Positions 42,106 to 55,958 of a stretch of DNA of 64,000 nt are shown here, one piece after another. Numbering within the stretch: the first letter of the stretch is position 1; every line of letters starts with the position of its first letter. The stretch comes from Octopus vulgaris. Lineage: Eukaryota. The position numbers and the translations under genes are program-made. Location of the stretch: positions 139,314,001-139,378,000 of the forward strand of contig OX597815.1 in assembly GCA_951406725.2 (NCBI GenBank). The letters run 5' to 3'. The notes beneath the pieces were generated by a model. It saw only the letters and a program-made list of their open reading frames with translations, searched no databases and was not told the origin of the DNA.

Positions 42106-42758
42106 AAATTAACAGAATGATATTTATAACGCTGGGATCGAATACACAATAAATATCCAAAACTATGATCTTACAATGTATATTTCATAGATTTTCAACA
42201 GCTCTCTCGCGTTGATGAAATCATTTTAAAAAAGAAACTAGATTTCGAAAGGCAGGCAAGGTAAAAAAGGATTGTGATTTCAAGTATATTTTAAATATGT
42301 TACCCCGCTGTAACCTTATTCCTCACACATACTGAATAAACATTTATACACCTAATATTATAGAAAAAAAAAAGATTTGTTTCCTTAATCTTCTTCAAAC
42401 CAATTAATTCTCCGTGAGATATCAGAAAGAACCATAAAACATTTTATATATATATATATATAGGGCAATCAGAGAGTTGTCATGATAGAACTCAGTTTCA
42501 AATACCGGGGCTAAAAGCTTCCTGGCATTTTCAATGGTTATTTGGACGATAGACGGTATGAAATAAAAAAGCTTAATAAAAGGGTGTTACTCTAATAGGC
42601 ATGAAAATATATAAAATATAAAAAGTAAAAAATTTACATATATATACTTTGGCCTTACTTATAATCCTTTATACAATATATTCTACACAATGCTTCATAG
42701 TAATTATTCCATTATAATATATATATGTATACATGCACATACACACATATATATATAC

Positions 42759-42825
<67 letters not shown>

Positions 42826-42828
<3 letters not shown>

Positions 42829-43440
42829 GGAGAGTTTACGAAAAAGACAAAAGACGAAGACAGGTGGTGTACAAAACAAACAGATGTATTAGTATAACGC
42901 TCAGGAATAGAAAAAGTATTTTACGTTTCGAGCCTACGCTCTTCTACAGAAAGGGACACAGAAAACAAGGAGAGAAAAAATGTGTGTAGTGGCTAACGAT
43001 CTATCATGGCGTCTAACTCGGACAGGAGGGTCACACACGAAAAGGAAAGTAGGGGAGATAACAAAGTAAGATGACCCCCCCCCACACCACCAACACGAAG
43101 GTGCGCGTGTGTATAAGAGAGTATGAATGTACGTGTGAAAGAGGGCTGGTGGTCTGGACGTGTGCGTGTATGTATGTGTAGATGTGAAAATGTGGGGATG
43201 GGTGTGTGGGTGATGTGTTGTGATGTGATGTATAATGATGTATGGTGTGATGTTGTTGGGAGGTGGGGGAGGCGAGAGTGGGAAAAGCACGGGTGGGATG
43301 TGGGTTCGGCTGAGGGTTGGGGTTTGTGGGTCGGCAGAGGGTAGGGGTAGGGGTGGGGTATGTGGGGAAGGGTGTGTAGGATAGGATGTGGAGGTGGGAA
43401 GGATAGGGAATGTGGAGTAGGGATGTGTAGGGGTGGGTGG
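42826..43440 (-). mobile_element. HHR-bearing element, CUGUNGA family, with a long C-rich upstream region
   Basis: HHR at 42919-42952 (minus); 43010-43440 is G/T-rich on the plus strand. Confidence 0.65.
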
Positions 43441-44395
43441 GCTTATGTATATCCATACATAGACACATACGCATATACATATGTATTCAAAGACATTTAT
43501 TAATGCATACAATATAATTAATTAATTGGTATGATTTCTGGATTTCATTAAAAATTCTAATTGTTGCATTCCTTAATTAACCTTAATTAAGTTATAATTC
43601 TTAATCAATTTTGACTCATCTCAATTAATTCCATCTGTCTCTTAGTATTTTCTTATAAAGATAGTATAGCTTCTCTGATTAGTTGAAGCTTACACTAGAT
43701 AAATGAACTAATATGTTCATCGTTTAATTTTAGTTCAAATATATCATACAAAGCTATGAAATAAAACACAGAATATTCCTGATTAATTGGATTCTATTTT
43801 GACATCATACACCCTTGAATTTGGTAGAGTGGGGATTTTTGAAGATATGAGTTGACACTATTAGATTTCACTTAGATAACTAGTGCTCTTACAAAGTTCA
43901 TAAACATCATCTCATATTATCTTACTCAGTAGCGTTTAAACGTGTATGTTTATAAACGAATATACTTAATAAAACAAATATGTATGATATAGAAATGCGG
44001 TTGGTATGAATGGGTTTGTATGTGGGAACCAGCAAAGTAAGATCGAAAGAGATTAGAAATGTATCATAACTATACATTCTATTTACAAGTGCAAAAAAAA
44101 ATGTACCAACCGATGGTGAACTACTGTCAAACTCTCTTACTCTTTCATTAGTTTCAGCTCAAGGGATGAAACCGCCAACTGGTGTTGTCATGCCATCTAT
44201 TATTCATCGTTTAAATGTTGACGTTTCGGGAATGAGAGAGTTTGATACTGCTGCTCTCGTCCCACTTTCTGCCATGAAGTTGACTCATCTGGGACATTTG
44301 ACAGCAAGTGATTCAGTTTAGCTTTGAAGATATCTACATCCACACCAATTAATCCAAGGTTTTACATACATACATACATACATACATACGTGCAC

Positions 44396-44457
<62 letters not shown>

Positions 44458-45341
44458 AACAAGGAAGAAATTAGAATGATGGTATTACATTTCTGAAACA
44501 GTGTCGATCGTTTCAATAACCTGTAGAATGTTTTACATCAAGCAACATGATGTTATAAAAACAGCTTATGCAGATCCGGGCGATATTAAATGTATACCGC
44601 TATACTTTTAATATTTTCTTATTTTATTTCTTAAACTAAGTTACAAAGCGAACACCGTACTAGATACTAGTTTTCATAGTAGAATTTAGCGCATCAAATA
44701 TGAAAGGGAGTGAATGCTATAGAATACAAGGGGATAGAAAAATTGTCTAATTCATTCTCCATGCAGGGTCACAGATAGGGCTACAGACAGTGACAGGATA
44801 GGAACCGGCTAGTTTATTGTATATACACTAAAGAGGAAGATATAAGTAGATATGAAGAGAAGCGGGAAGTTTATAGTAGTGCCTTCGACTGGATGATAAA
44901 AATATAAAGAAAAAAATAACACGATGAAAATAATACAAAAATATAGATGAGAACAATGCATTAAAATAAGATAGAGGATATAGTTTATGAGATCAATATG
45001 AGACTTAAATTACATAGAATCGAACTAAATAGATTTGTTATGCGAGAAACTAATAAAGAGGAAAGCTTCGCTATATGGAAGGTAGATTCGCCAGTGATAA
45101 AGCTAACGTTAACGCTAAGCATAAGAACACGATCCTTAACACAATTTAATTCAAATGAGTTAGTTAATTAGAAATGTAATTCCCCTATCTTCATGCCTTT
45201 GCTTATTTTTATACTTTATGATGAATATACCAGCCGCAAAATTGGTACTTTTCCCAGTAGTTACATTTGTATGGAACATCATCTGGATCAACGAAATGCT
45301 TACTTTTTCTGATTCCGTTATCTGTTCATTAATACATTAAT

Positions 45342-45927
45342 CTTTTCTACACTAGGTACGAGGCCCGAAATTTTGCGGGAGGGGCCAGTCGATTAGATCG
45401 ACATCAGTACGCAACTAGTACTTAATTTATCAACTCCGAAAGGATAAAAGGCAAAGTCGACCTCGGCAGAATTTGAACTCAGATCGTATAAACATACGAA
45501 ATACCTATTTCTTTACTACCCACAACGGGCTAAACACAGGACAAACGTGGACGGACAAACAGATTAAATCGATTACATCGACCCCAGGGGGTAACTGGTG
45601 CTTAATTTATCGACCCCGAAAGGAGGAAAGGCAAAGTCAACCTCGGCAGAATTTGAACTCAGAACGTAAAGACAGACGAAATACCTATTTCTTTACTACC
45701 CACAAGGGGCTAAACACAGAGGGGAAAAACAAGTACAGACAAACGGATCAAGTCGGTTACATCGACCCCAGGGGGTAACTGGTACTTAATTTATCGACCC
45801 CGAAAGGGTGAAAGCAAAGTCGACCACAGCGGAATTTGAACTCAGAACGTAACGGTAGACGAAATACGGCTACGCATTTCGCCCGGCGTGCTAACGTATC
45901 TGCCAGCTCGCCGCCTTATATTAGTGG
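45342..45927 (-). mobile_element. SINE family B trimer with 14-bp TSD
   Basis: Three core copies; attaatacattaat at 45328-45341 and 45928-45941. Confidence 0.85.
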
Positions 45928-45992
45928 ATTAATACATTAATGTAGCCAGAATCTCCTATACAGTACTGACTTGGTATTTGCATGAATATCCT

Positions 45993-46201
45993 CTTACTTG
46001 TTTCAGTCATTTGACTGTGGCCATGCTGGTGCACCGCCTTTTAATCGAAGAAATCGACTCCTGGACTTCTTCTTTGCAAGCCTGATGCTTATTCTCTTGG
46101 TCTCATTTGCCGAAACTCTAGTTTACTGGGACGTAAACACACCAACATCGATTGTCAAGCAATGGTTGTGGGGACCAACATAAACAAAAACACTTAAATG
46201 T

Positions 46202-46274
<73 letters not shown>

Positions 46275-46430
46275 CGACGGGTTTCTTTCATTTTCCGACT
46301 ACCAAATCCACTCACACGGCTTTGGTCTGCCTGTGGTTAGAGTAGAGGACACTTGCTCAAGGTGCCACGCAACGGGACTGAACCAGGAACCATGTGGTTG
46401 GGAAGCAAGCTTCTTACTACACAGCCACAC
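45993..46430 (-). mobile_element. SINE family A, full length
   Basis: Matches 8076-8530. Confidence 0.85.
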
Positions 46431-46574
46431 CGAATGCTCAAAATGAGGAGTAGATAGGCAGCCAACAACTGATGAAGGCTCGTTCTTTATGTTACTTGTC
46501 TTGTTTTCCATTTGTTTCGTTGTTTGCGTATTCAACTCTTGTTCCATTTATGACGTCCTGTACCCATATATCCG

Positions 46575-47054
46575 TCGGGTCGTCGGCGACTAAACCGGCA
46601 ACCCCACCAAGCTTGCTTGGTGAGGAGGGTGTTTATTGGACACCCTGCAGGATGAAAAACAAAACCCGTCAAAGGGCGGAGGAACTCTTGGGAGTTAACG
46701 GCCATCCAATAAATGTCTTAAGGCTGTATCATGCGCAGGGACATAGAAATAATCGGACTGAATACCCGATCGCGCGGTTAAACCATTGGGAGTGAAGGAC
46801 TCCTAGCCTTTGTTAGGGCATCCTTCTAGGAGAAGATAACTCAGGTAACTGGGATAACTCCGACATAAAACCTGCGGCTCAGTGGTTACCGATGATGTTG
46901 ACTTGTTCTTCTTTTCGGATTATGGCTGCTATTGCTTAGTGAGTGCACAGACTTTCCTCACTTTAAAAAAATCTTCTTGCACAGGCATTGCACGATAACA
47001 ACATTGATTAAGCTTCGTGCAATGGCCATACTCGATAACGAGGGGGCAGCCACC

Positions 47055-47056
<2 letters not shown>
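46575..47056 (+). mobile_element. Probable RTE-derived non-autonomous element (5' UTR-like)
   Basis: GC-richer island with gggcatccttctaggagaagataactc, resembling RTE 5' UTR motifs. Confidence 0.4.
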
Positions 47057-47089
<33 letters not shown>

Positions 47090-47211
47090 ATCCAAACAGG
47101 AAAACACAAAGAGAAAACACAACAACGCGAGGACGTGGAACGAGTATAGGATTATTGGACGCTCAGGAAAGAAGAAAAGAAGGAGGGTTTAACGGATATA
47201 TATATATATAT

Positions 47212-47250
<39 letters not shown>

Positions 47251-47285
47251 TAGATATGGATATATGCATGTTTATATATATATAA

Positions 47286-47487
47286 TGGGAAAGTTTACGA
47301 AAATAAACAAAAGACGAAGGCAGGTGGAGTACAAACAAACAAATGTATTAGTATAGCGCTCAGGAATAGAAAAAGCCTTTTACGTTTCGAGCCTACGCTC
47401 TTCGACAGAAAGATACACAGAAAAAAAAACAAGGAGAGAAACAAGGAGAGAAAAAAATGCGTGTAGGAGCTAGCGATCTATCATGGC
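47286..47487 (-). mobile_element. Short HHR-bearing element, CUGUNGA family
   Basis: Minus: UCUUU-CUGUCGA-A-GAGC GUAG GCUC-GAAAC-GUA-AAAGG (47376-47413). Confidence 0.7.
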
Positions 47488-50469
47488 ACGTATAGATATA
47501 CACACATACACAGATACATATTGTGTAGCTATGTTGTTAACAAGAAATAACAGCTTTCTTGAAATGTTATTTCTTGCATGAAATTTTGTGAAAATACAAT
47601 ATGTCGGAATATGTAAGTCAGCTGCAAATTGGTCAATCCTGTTTACTTGAGGCCTTAGTAAAAGAGTATTTATAAATATCCCTGCTGACAGTATCTCTGC
47701 CGACTTGTCTGTGTGTTCCTCCTTTTTCTATTCACGAAGGTATTATAAATAAAATCGGGGTATTTACTTTAGCCTATTCATACCTTGTTAGCTAAAGATC
47801 GATATATATATTCTGTAGTGTAATATATTATTAAAACAAAACACCTCTAACGTACCAGTGATTTATATATGTGGGAGTTTGTTCCTCTGTTCAACAAATT
47901 AATATTTCAAGTCAACTAACAGGGCACTGCTTTGCCATTTTTATGAGAATTTGTTGCCAAATATTATTTTAACCTTTTAACGTCTACTCCTATACTCATG
48001 AAACTCTTCTCTTTCTCTTTCTCTCTCTTTATCTATCTATATCCCTCTCTCTCTCTCTCTCTTTCTTTCTCTCAAAATCTATTACCTTCTCTCAGGTGTA
48101 GCCGCCTATCTGGTGTCTCTAAGTTGCATCTCATATTTCTGTTTGTTATTGGCTGTTGCTAACATCTACACTGCCACCACCATCAAACAACTACACCCTG
48201 TTACCCATATGTTTCCGTTTACATTAATAAGAAAGCAGCTCACGGTTAAATCCCAAATGACAACCATCACCTTCATATTGCCAACTTATATATTATCTTT
48301 TCTAAAATGTCAAAGTGGTGTTGAGTTTTCAATATATTCATGTCACAGAAGGAAGGAGCAACAAAAGGTGTTTTTTACATGTAAATTTTAAAATGTAAGT
48401 ATTTGTTTATGTCTACTTCTTTTAGTACCGTCAATAGCAAGCAAACGGGTACAAGGAAACGTTTAAAATGCATGTTTAAAACATATTGCCAGCAGTTATG
48501 CTGACTTGACTCAACCAGAACATTAATTGATTTCTGTTTCTGTTACAAACAAGAAAAATACCTTTTACTATCAATAATTTTGCATTTTTTCAGAAGAGAA
48601 TATAAAAATAAAGTTATGCTTTTTAACTCAAGGGACTTCGGTTTTACGATCATGACGAATATTCATTACAGCAGCACTAAAAGTAGTTTCAAATCTTTGA
48701 ACCAAGTATTTTTCTTCAGTTGGCTTTTCCGGTTAAATCAAGATCTACCGTGGTTTTATAGGAAATTCCATAAAAAAACTTCTGAATGATTATCACGGCT
48801 AGACTTCTTTCACAAGAGGTCTGCCGGGAATATACGACAGCAGTAACTATAATGTTTCTTTTTAAACCAAAGAAGTATTATGTATGTCAATGATTCTCAA
48901 GCTTTCTTTTGTTATTATATTTTCGATTTGATGAAGTCAAGAGTATACCGTTTTACTGCCATTTAAAAAAAAAGTATATACAGTAAGTAATCTCTATACC
49001 AATGTTGAAGGGTGGTGAATTGAATGCCGGACGCAAAATTTTCATCTAAAAGAAAAAAATCCGGTGGCATTTGGTAGCGGTTCTGAAAGAAAAAAGGGAC
49101 ATAATTCCAAGAACTTAAGAGCCTACTTGCAAAAGATATATACAGTAAAGAAATATATACAGTCACGAGGAAAAGAGTCCAAGTCACTGCTAAAATGTTA
49201 TATTAACGATAGAGTGACAGCACTACTTATTCAATTAACATTTCTACGCATTAACTTGCTGGTGGTTTCACTAGACATTTCACCAACTCATAACGAAACT
49301 GTTTCCGTTGACAATGCTCAGTGCAGCAAAAACATAAGAAGTTAGTATTTGCATTTTTAATAGTTATACCATTAAAAATGCTAACTAAAAATAATTACAA
49401 TGCACAGCAGGTAAAAAGCAATAATATTCAATTACTAGTAGTTTTATTATTATCATTATTTCGATAGATATGGATGAGAACTGCTGGCATATAGGTTCGA
49501 TCTTAGTATCCTCTCATGACTTCATCAAAGAATTATAGCCTTCACTATACTTGCCAAACTGCTAATGGAAGAATTACTAAGTAAATTTACAATATTATAC
49601 ACTGGCTTGTGTAGAAAATTAGAATTGTTTAGAATATAATAACGCCTCAAATAACTTTCCATACAGATGGTATCTCTATGTTATTTATTCCAAGAAAATG
49701 AGAAAATAATAATAGCTATTTTTCTGTCATCGTGTATTTGTTCCTACTTTAGCTTTTTAATGGTCCATGCATTAAAAACTGTTTTACCAACTTAAATAAT
49801 ATTCATCATGTGGCTGGCGTCTAAGAATTATCATATTTATCAGCTTTGAAGTGAAATACAAGTTAGTTAGATAACAAAATACTCGGTTTTAAATTAAAAG
49901 AAGAATGAATTTATAGTGAAAACAAGTTTCAGACAATTTGTTCGGCATTCTATAGAATTTATAGCTGTTGTATTCCGTTTTATTTATTTATTTATTTATT
50001 TTGTTAAATTACTAGATTTGTATTTCACAATGGTTATGTCTAAGAATGTCTAATTCTTCGAGTAACTTTATTGTCAATGACACTTCAATTTACAATAACG
50101 CATTATTCGCATAACCATAGACGTCGTAGCTAAAGCAGACTTAACAGGAAAAAAACCCACATAAAACATTCATATGTAAATAGTGTAGCATGTTTTATTA
50201 TCATTATTATTATTATTATTATTATTAATATTATTATTATTGTTGTTGTTATTATTATTATTAATATAATTATTATTGTTGTTGTTGTTGTTGTTGTTGT
50301 CATCATCATTATTATTATTTGGAAGCCATACCTAACAAGGCAGCAAGCCACAAGCAAGCAACCAAACAAATCTCAAACAACCACTTTGTATGTTGGGAGC
50401 TGTTAAGAATAACTAAAGAAAAAATATATTTATCGGGAAGCTGCATCAAGAATCCTAAAACCATTGACG

Positions 50470-51760
50470 TAGTATTTTTTTTTTAAATAAGACAAATTCG
50501 AGGAGAGAAATTGCTAGACCAGAAACACTTCTTACGTGATGGGGCATCAATAATGAAAGGATGAGAATTAACAGAAAGATGAGTCACTCGTTTAGTAACC
50601 GTAAAAAGAGCTACAAAAAAAGGAGGTTTCTGACAAGAACTATGGAAATTGTTATAGAATACTGATAAAGCAGCAATATGCAAAATCAGCTTCAAATTCA
50701 ATCAAGATAAGAAAGTACACCAGCAGGAACACTAGCCCGAATATGATAACAGTATTTCAAATAAAGGCAAGTAAGAGACTTAGAAAGCTGAAGAATATAT
50801 TCGGAGGTAAAATATTGACGAGATTGACATAGAGAACCAGCCTTCATTGCAGCTGATTCAGCAAGTAAATCTAATTCTGTCCTTCCAAGTACGATCAAAA
50901 ATATAGAAAACTCAAGAAGAACAATATCAGACAGAGAAATTTGAATAGCTTTAGATTTCATATAATGGATAATAGTTTTTACAGAGTTAAAAGTATTCAA
51001 TCATTGAACCCCACTGACAGCAGATCAAGCCCAGGCGAGCCAGGTATTTACATAAGATAGACAAATCTCACTGAAGCAAAGAAGTGATATCAGCAGAGAT
51101 AGCAAGGCTAGACAAAATCATTTGAAAGATCATTGAGCCAACATCAAATACCTTCAGGAAAACCAGATAGGTGGAGTAAATAGAAAATAACTTCAATGTT
51201 TAGGAATTATTTCAGAAATTCCGTGGAGGAGACCAACTAATCAAATATTGTCAAATGCTTTAGATATGTTGATGACACTAATACTTTCGTGGCCAGGATT
51301 ATCTAAAACACGGTAGAACCTTTCAATTATAACAATCAGAACTCTAGCAGTGAAGCGCGAATTACGGAAACCGTTCTGTTTGTCAAGAAACTGATCGATT
51401 GATTCAAGGTCTAAGGTCAAAGAGAGAAGTAGGTCGTTAACTATAGATTTAAGGCTGACTGAGTGGTAGATACGCGGATGAAAATGTTCACCAGAGCTTT
51501 TGCAAACAAGAATAAGAGTGACCGATTTCCAGCATGCTGGGAAGGAAAACTCAGCTAAGCATTTCTCAAAGAGTTTTGAAAGATCAGAAGAAAGTTCAGA
51601 AGCGTATTTTTACAAGACAATAGCAAGAATATTATAAGGACCTGTTGACATAAATGTGTGAAGACAGGAAATTATCTTCGCCACAGAATTAGAAGTTATA
51701 TGCAAGTTAGACAGAGGAACATCACATTGAGTAAAAAAAAAACTAACAATTATCAGGTAG
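50470..51760 (-). mobile_element. Decayed L2/Jockey-group LINE RT region
   Basis: Minus strand: FPACWKS..; FLDKQNGFR; ERFYRVLD..NISKAFD. Confidence 0.7.
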
Positions 51761-52299
51761 AATTATTTTAGAATTGAGGAAGAAATCTTGCTTTACCTTT
51801 AGAAGTCGGTTCCTGATAATTATAACTTTCGGCAAAAGACATTTTACACTAATCAAGCAGCAGCTCAAAATGCCTTCGAAAAATTCTTCCGTTCCAGAAT
51901 TCCAGAATTCTATGCAATCAGAATAAACTGATATGTGTCTTGTTGGCAAACATAGATTTAATGTTTATTACTTCAATTAATAAACTTTATTTTGGACAGA
52001 CATATATACTGTTGGTAGTTACACTTATTTTTTTTTTTTTGCATATTGCTCTCTTATGACTGAACCAATCATCTGTACCTGCTTATAACCAGAGTAAACC
52101 TGTTCTACATAAAATATAGGCATTTAGTATAGACAAGATAATACCATTAGTGTAGTGCACTACGTTAGGCTAGGTACTATCATTATCATGGTTCTAAAGG
52201 AGAGCTACCATTTCCGTGCTTCAAATGGTGTACCGCCATATTGGCACTTATAATCGAGTGTTATTCCGTGTTATTACAGTGTAAACATTATCCTTTTTA

Positions 52300-52610
52300 T
52301 AATGGAATACCAGCATGATCGTAGTTGTAATAGACTTACACAATGATTGTAGCTCTGAGTTCATGCCACCTACATCGTAGTTATGATGGAGTACCACCAT
52401 GATCGTAGATATAAGAGAATGCTAAAATAGTCCTAATTATGATGATATACTACCATTATCGTAGGTCTGCTTACGTGCCACCATGATTGATAGCTATGGT
52501 GGTGTACTATCATAATCGTAGTTATTATGGAATGTTAATATGGTGGTATTACCGATTGAGTGCCGACATGATCGTAGTTGTAATATAGAGCGAACAATAT
52601 CGTAGCGATC
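52300..52610. repeat. Degenerate ~28-bp minisatellite (taccaccatgatcgtagttatgatggag)
   Basis: About ten diverged units with recurring catgatcgtagtt. Confidence 0.7.
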
Positions 52611-53543
52611 TTAGTGTGACTATGTTCATTTAAACAAACTAAAATACAAAAATTAAATGACATACCACTTTTATAAAACCTTCATCCATGATGTAAGGTT
52701 TGTTCAGTAGTTTCAGCCCTACATAGTACTTCTAAATTCAAATATGGCTTCCAAGTTATACACCTTTCTGCTGCTTGTCATTACTAGGTTGTTTTGGCAA
52801 ATTTCCATAGCATAAATACACAGTTCAACAAAACTAGAATTGCTAATTTGCAGCAGTTTAAGCGTTATCTAATACTTGAGTTTCAGGATTTATTTCCGGA
52901 ATACGTCTATGAATAAATACTTATGGAAAAACATGATGTCTTAATGTTTCAAATTGAGAGCAAATTTTTATTTTATTTACGCAAGATTAATAACTGTGCT
53001 TACAGTATTATATTTGGAATAAGAAAAAATAGAAAAATATATTTAATCCAGGCGAGAGTGATATATTTCATACATACACACACGCACACACATATACACA
53101 AACATATTTCTATAGACACATATATGTATATATAAACATATATATATATATGCATATATATATATGCATATATATGTCTATATATATGTGTGTGTATTTG
53201 TGTCTATGTATGTATGTATCTGCTTATATATATAATTATATATATATATATATGATCTTTGTAGTGCAACAACACTGTTTACTTACATTTCACAGAATTT
53301 GCAAAGCTTCCACTATATTGCTGCAAACGTTAATGAAGCTAAATCATATTAACAAGGGAGATGTTTTTCGTTCCTCAATTAAGAGCAAATAAACGAAGAA
53401 AAAGTCATTCCAGTAAATAGACTTTAAGGAAACATAGATTCATGTGAAGATTATTATATATGTGATCATATGTGGATATATGAATGTGGGTGTATATGTG
53501 TGCGCATATATGTAAATTACTTATACAGATTCTTGTGTGTGTA

Positions 53544-53595
<52 letters not shown>

Positions 53596-53708
53596 TATGT
53601 GCGTGTTGCGTAAACCTACATAAACATACATACACACTTACATATATATATATATCTGCATGTATATATATTGTATACAAATGTATACCATATATAAATT
53701 ACGTATTC

Positions 53709-53744
<36 letters not shown>

Positions 53745-53936
53745 GTACATGTCTGCACGAAATATAGTGATATAGGATGAACGTAAGTTACAGTAATGAG
53801 ACATGGTACATAGTCTGAGAAATATTGTGTTTACTAGAAGCGAAAAGCTTATCCTTAATTAAAAACACGCTACTCACAATATGTTATACATATTTAGTAG
53901 TTATGTGTGTAAGTATGTATACATATTTCATATATA

Positions 53937-54027
<91 letters not shown>

Positions 54028-54031
54028 TACA

Positions 54032-54066
<35 letters not shown>

Positions 54067-55653
54067 GTACGCAAAGTAGATGTACTTTTATTGGTGAACA
54101 CATGTACGTATATGTATGTATGTATGTTAGTGTGTATGTACGTAAATAAGAAAATATTTTCACATCTGATTTTTTTATATGTATTTCTCTATATATTATG
54201 TATTTATATATTATTTATCCGTCCATATCTCCTCATAGTTCGATGTACTTATAGAAGAATGTATCATTTCTGTACATTCGCCTTGATGTATACGTGATGT
54301 GTTGCCGTTACTTGTATGTACTAGTCTACAATAATATATAGATACAAATAACCTTTCTCGGAACACACCATAAAATCCCATTAAGTATTTATAATGACAC
54401 AATATTTTGGTCTTGTGTTTCTCAAAACACATGGCTTAATATTTCTTAATAAAGATCTAATAGTGTCCACACCAATTCAACAGTATTTTGACATATGCTG
54501 GGCAACCAACTATTTCGTCTACAAACATTCATTTGTGACTTCTAAACCAGAGCAAAAATTAACTTTCAATACAAAGAATGTCGTGACCTGCAATTGATAA
54601 ACCTGATTTGGCATACTTACACAGATAATTCCACGTTTGATAGAGCTCGAAACAATAACACAGTTTCTACAATCTAAGCAAAATTTCCTCACAATAATAT
54701 TCTATCAACCTCACTACATATAAACACCTATTTTCCGTCTATCTTGCTCTAGCTCTCTTCTAATTAAGTACTTGGCCAACTTACCAACACCACAATTATC
54801 ATTTCGAATAACTCCATCTAGCTCAAGAAGACAACTTGTCAACGAAAAATAAAACGAATTGTAGCACGGCCCTGACGAAAGCGAGCAAGCCGAAACTTCA
54901 AGGTCACTCGTTAGTTTATAAAAGTTTAATAAATAGGCACTCTACTAAGAGTTATTGAATAATCTTTCGTATATGTAACTTAACATAAAAATAGGGATAT
55001 ATATGTGTGTGTATAATGGAAACATTATACAAAATGTATAAATAAATGATGAGAATAGCACCAGCACAGCTTAAGTTGCCTGTTGTTATCGCAGTGGCAA
55101 TTGGAGTAATAGTATTAATATATTCGCGTCTTTTATCTCTGGATGTCTGTATATCAAGATTTTAACCCACATGGATCTACACAGGATTGCACCTAAGGAC
55201 TTACGCTCATGGATCTACGCAGGATTGCACCTAAGGACTCATGCCCTGGTTTCTATAACTTCGGAAAATTGAACGAAGAACTTTTATGCTTCTTCCCGCT
55301 CCACTTTCTTTCCATCTCCTTATTCTTTTACTCCTTTCCTCTATATCGTCATCTCATTAATATATACCATTCTCATTTTCCCTATTTTCCCTATTTGTCT
55401 CTGATGATTGAATATCCTATACTCGGGATATCCCAGAAAGAGCTGTAAGACTTTGAATTTTTTCCAATATGAATATTGTATATGACTTGAAATATATGCC
55501 TTGCCTTAATGTTTGTTATCCTCTTTGACAATTATATATCCGCTGCATCGGAAATTTGCAATGGCTCCATAACTACCGTCTCGGCTATAACCTTGGAACC
55601 CTAGTAATCCGTTACAGCACTTACCTACCGTACCTATATATATAATACATATT

Positions 55654-55884
55654 CTTTTACTATTTTACTTGTTTCAGTCATTTGACTGTGGCCATACTGG
55701 GGCACCTCCTTTAGCCGAACAAGTCGATCCCAAAACTTACTCTTTGTAAGCCTACTACTTATTTTATTAGTGTCTTTTGCCGAACCACTAAGTTACGGGT
55801 ACGTAAACTACCAATTTCAGTTGTCAAGCGATGGTGGGGGAACAAACACAGAGACACAAATGCACACACACACATACACACACA

Positions 55885-55958
<74 letters not shown>

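Noticed and set aside
46575-46870. HDV-like ribozyme in the RTE-like 5' UTR
   Set aside because: I could not assemble the nested double pseudoknot by eye; an Infernal search would be needed.
48400-49340. Possible old hAT transposase relic
   Set aside because: Only vague motif resemblance; not supportable without a profile search.
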